Assembly: GCF_009914755.1 (NCBI RefSeq)
Contig: NC_060926.1
Strand: one strand, 5' to 3'
DNA length: 64,000 nucleotides
Origin: the human T2T-CHM13v2.0 reference genome, Homo sapiens
Shown here: positions 63,827 to 64,000 of the stretch, in pieces
Layout: every line of letters starts with the position of its first letter
Position numbering within the stretch: position 1 is the first letter of the stretch
The notes under the pieces: generated by a model
Database searches by the model: none
What the model was told of the DNA's origin: nothing
Seen by the model: the letters and a program-made list of their open reading frames with translations, nothing else
Made by a program: the position numbers and the translations under genes

Positions 63827-64000
63827 TTTTGTGTGTTTTTAATAGTAGTCATTTTAACTGGGATAAGATGGTAGGTATCTCTTGGTGGTTTTAATTTGCA
63901 TTTCCTTGTTGATTAGTGATGTTGAGCATTTCTTCATATACCTGTGGGCTATTTGTGTCTTCTTTTGAGATATGTTTCTTGTTGGATGAACATTTTGCAA

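Overview
Human (hominid) genomic DNA containing the complete CCNT2 (cyclin T2, a P-TEFb subunit) gene on the + strand. It has a CpG-island promoter at ~12.4-13.9 kb and nine coding exons (13191-49056) that I could splice into an intact 730-aa cyclin T2b. Intron 1 is U12-type, a 101-nt exitron in exon 9 yields the 663-aa T2a, and the long 3'UTR runs to ~53.7 kb. The last exon of the convergent MAP3K19 gene lies on the - strand (~58.9-59.3 kb). The rest is interspersed repeats (Alu, L1, L2, MIR, MER41 and MaLR LTRs, Tigger2, Tigger4). Most ORFs in the supplied track are Alu/L1/SVA translation artefacts. The main signals not explained by the standard annotation are three. (1) A ~175-nt rod-like RNA hairpin immediately downstream of an unusually weak exon 6 donor, with an in-frame stop beside it. 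(2) Several frame-preserving microexon and poison-exon candidates within the cyclin-box introns. (3) A full-length SVA carrying a ~1.4-kb 3' transduction (a truncated HERV-K LTR5 plus foreign unique DNA) inside the last MAP3K19 intron. Repeat boundaries and subfamilies were assigned by eye and are approximate.
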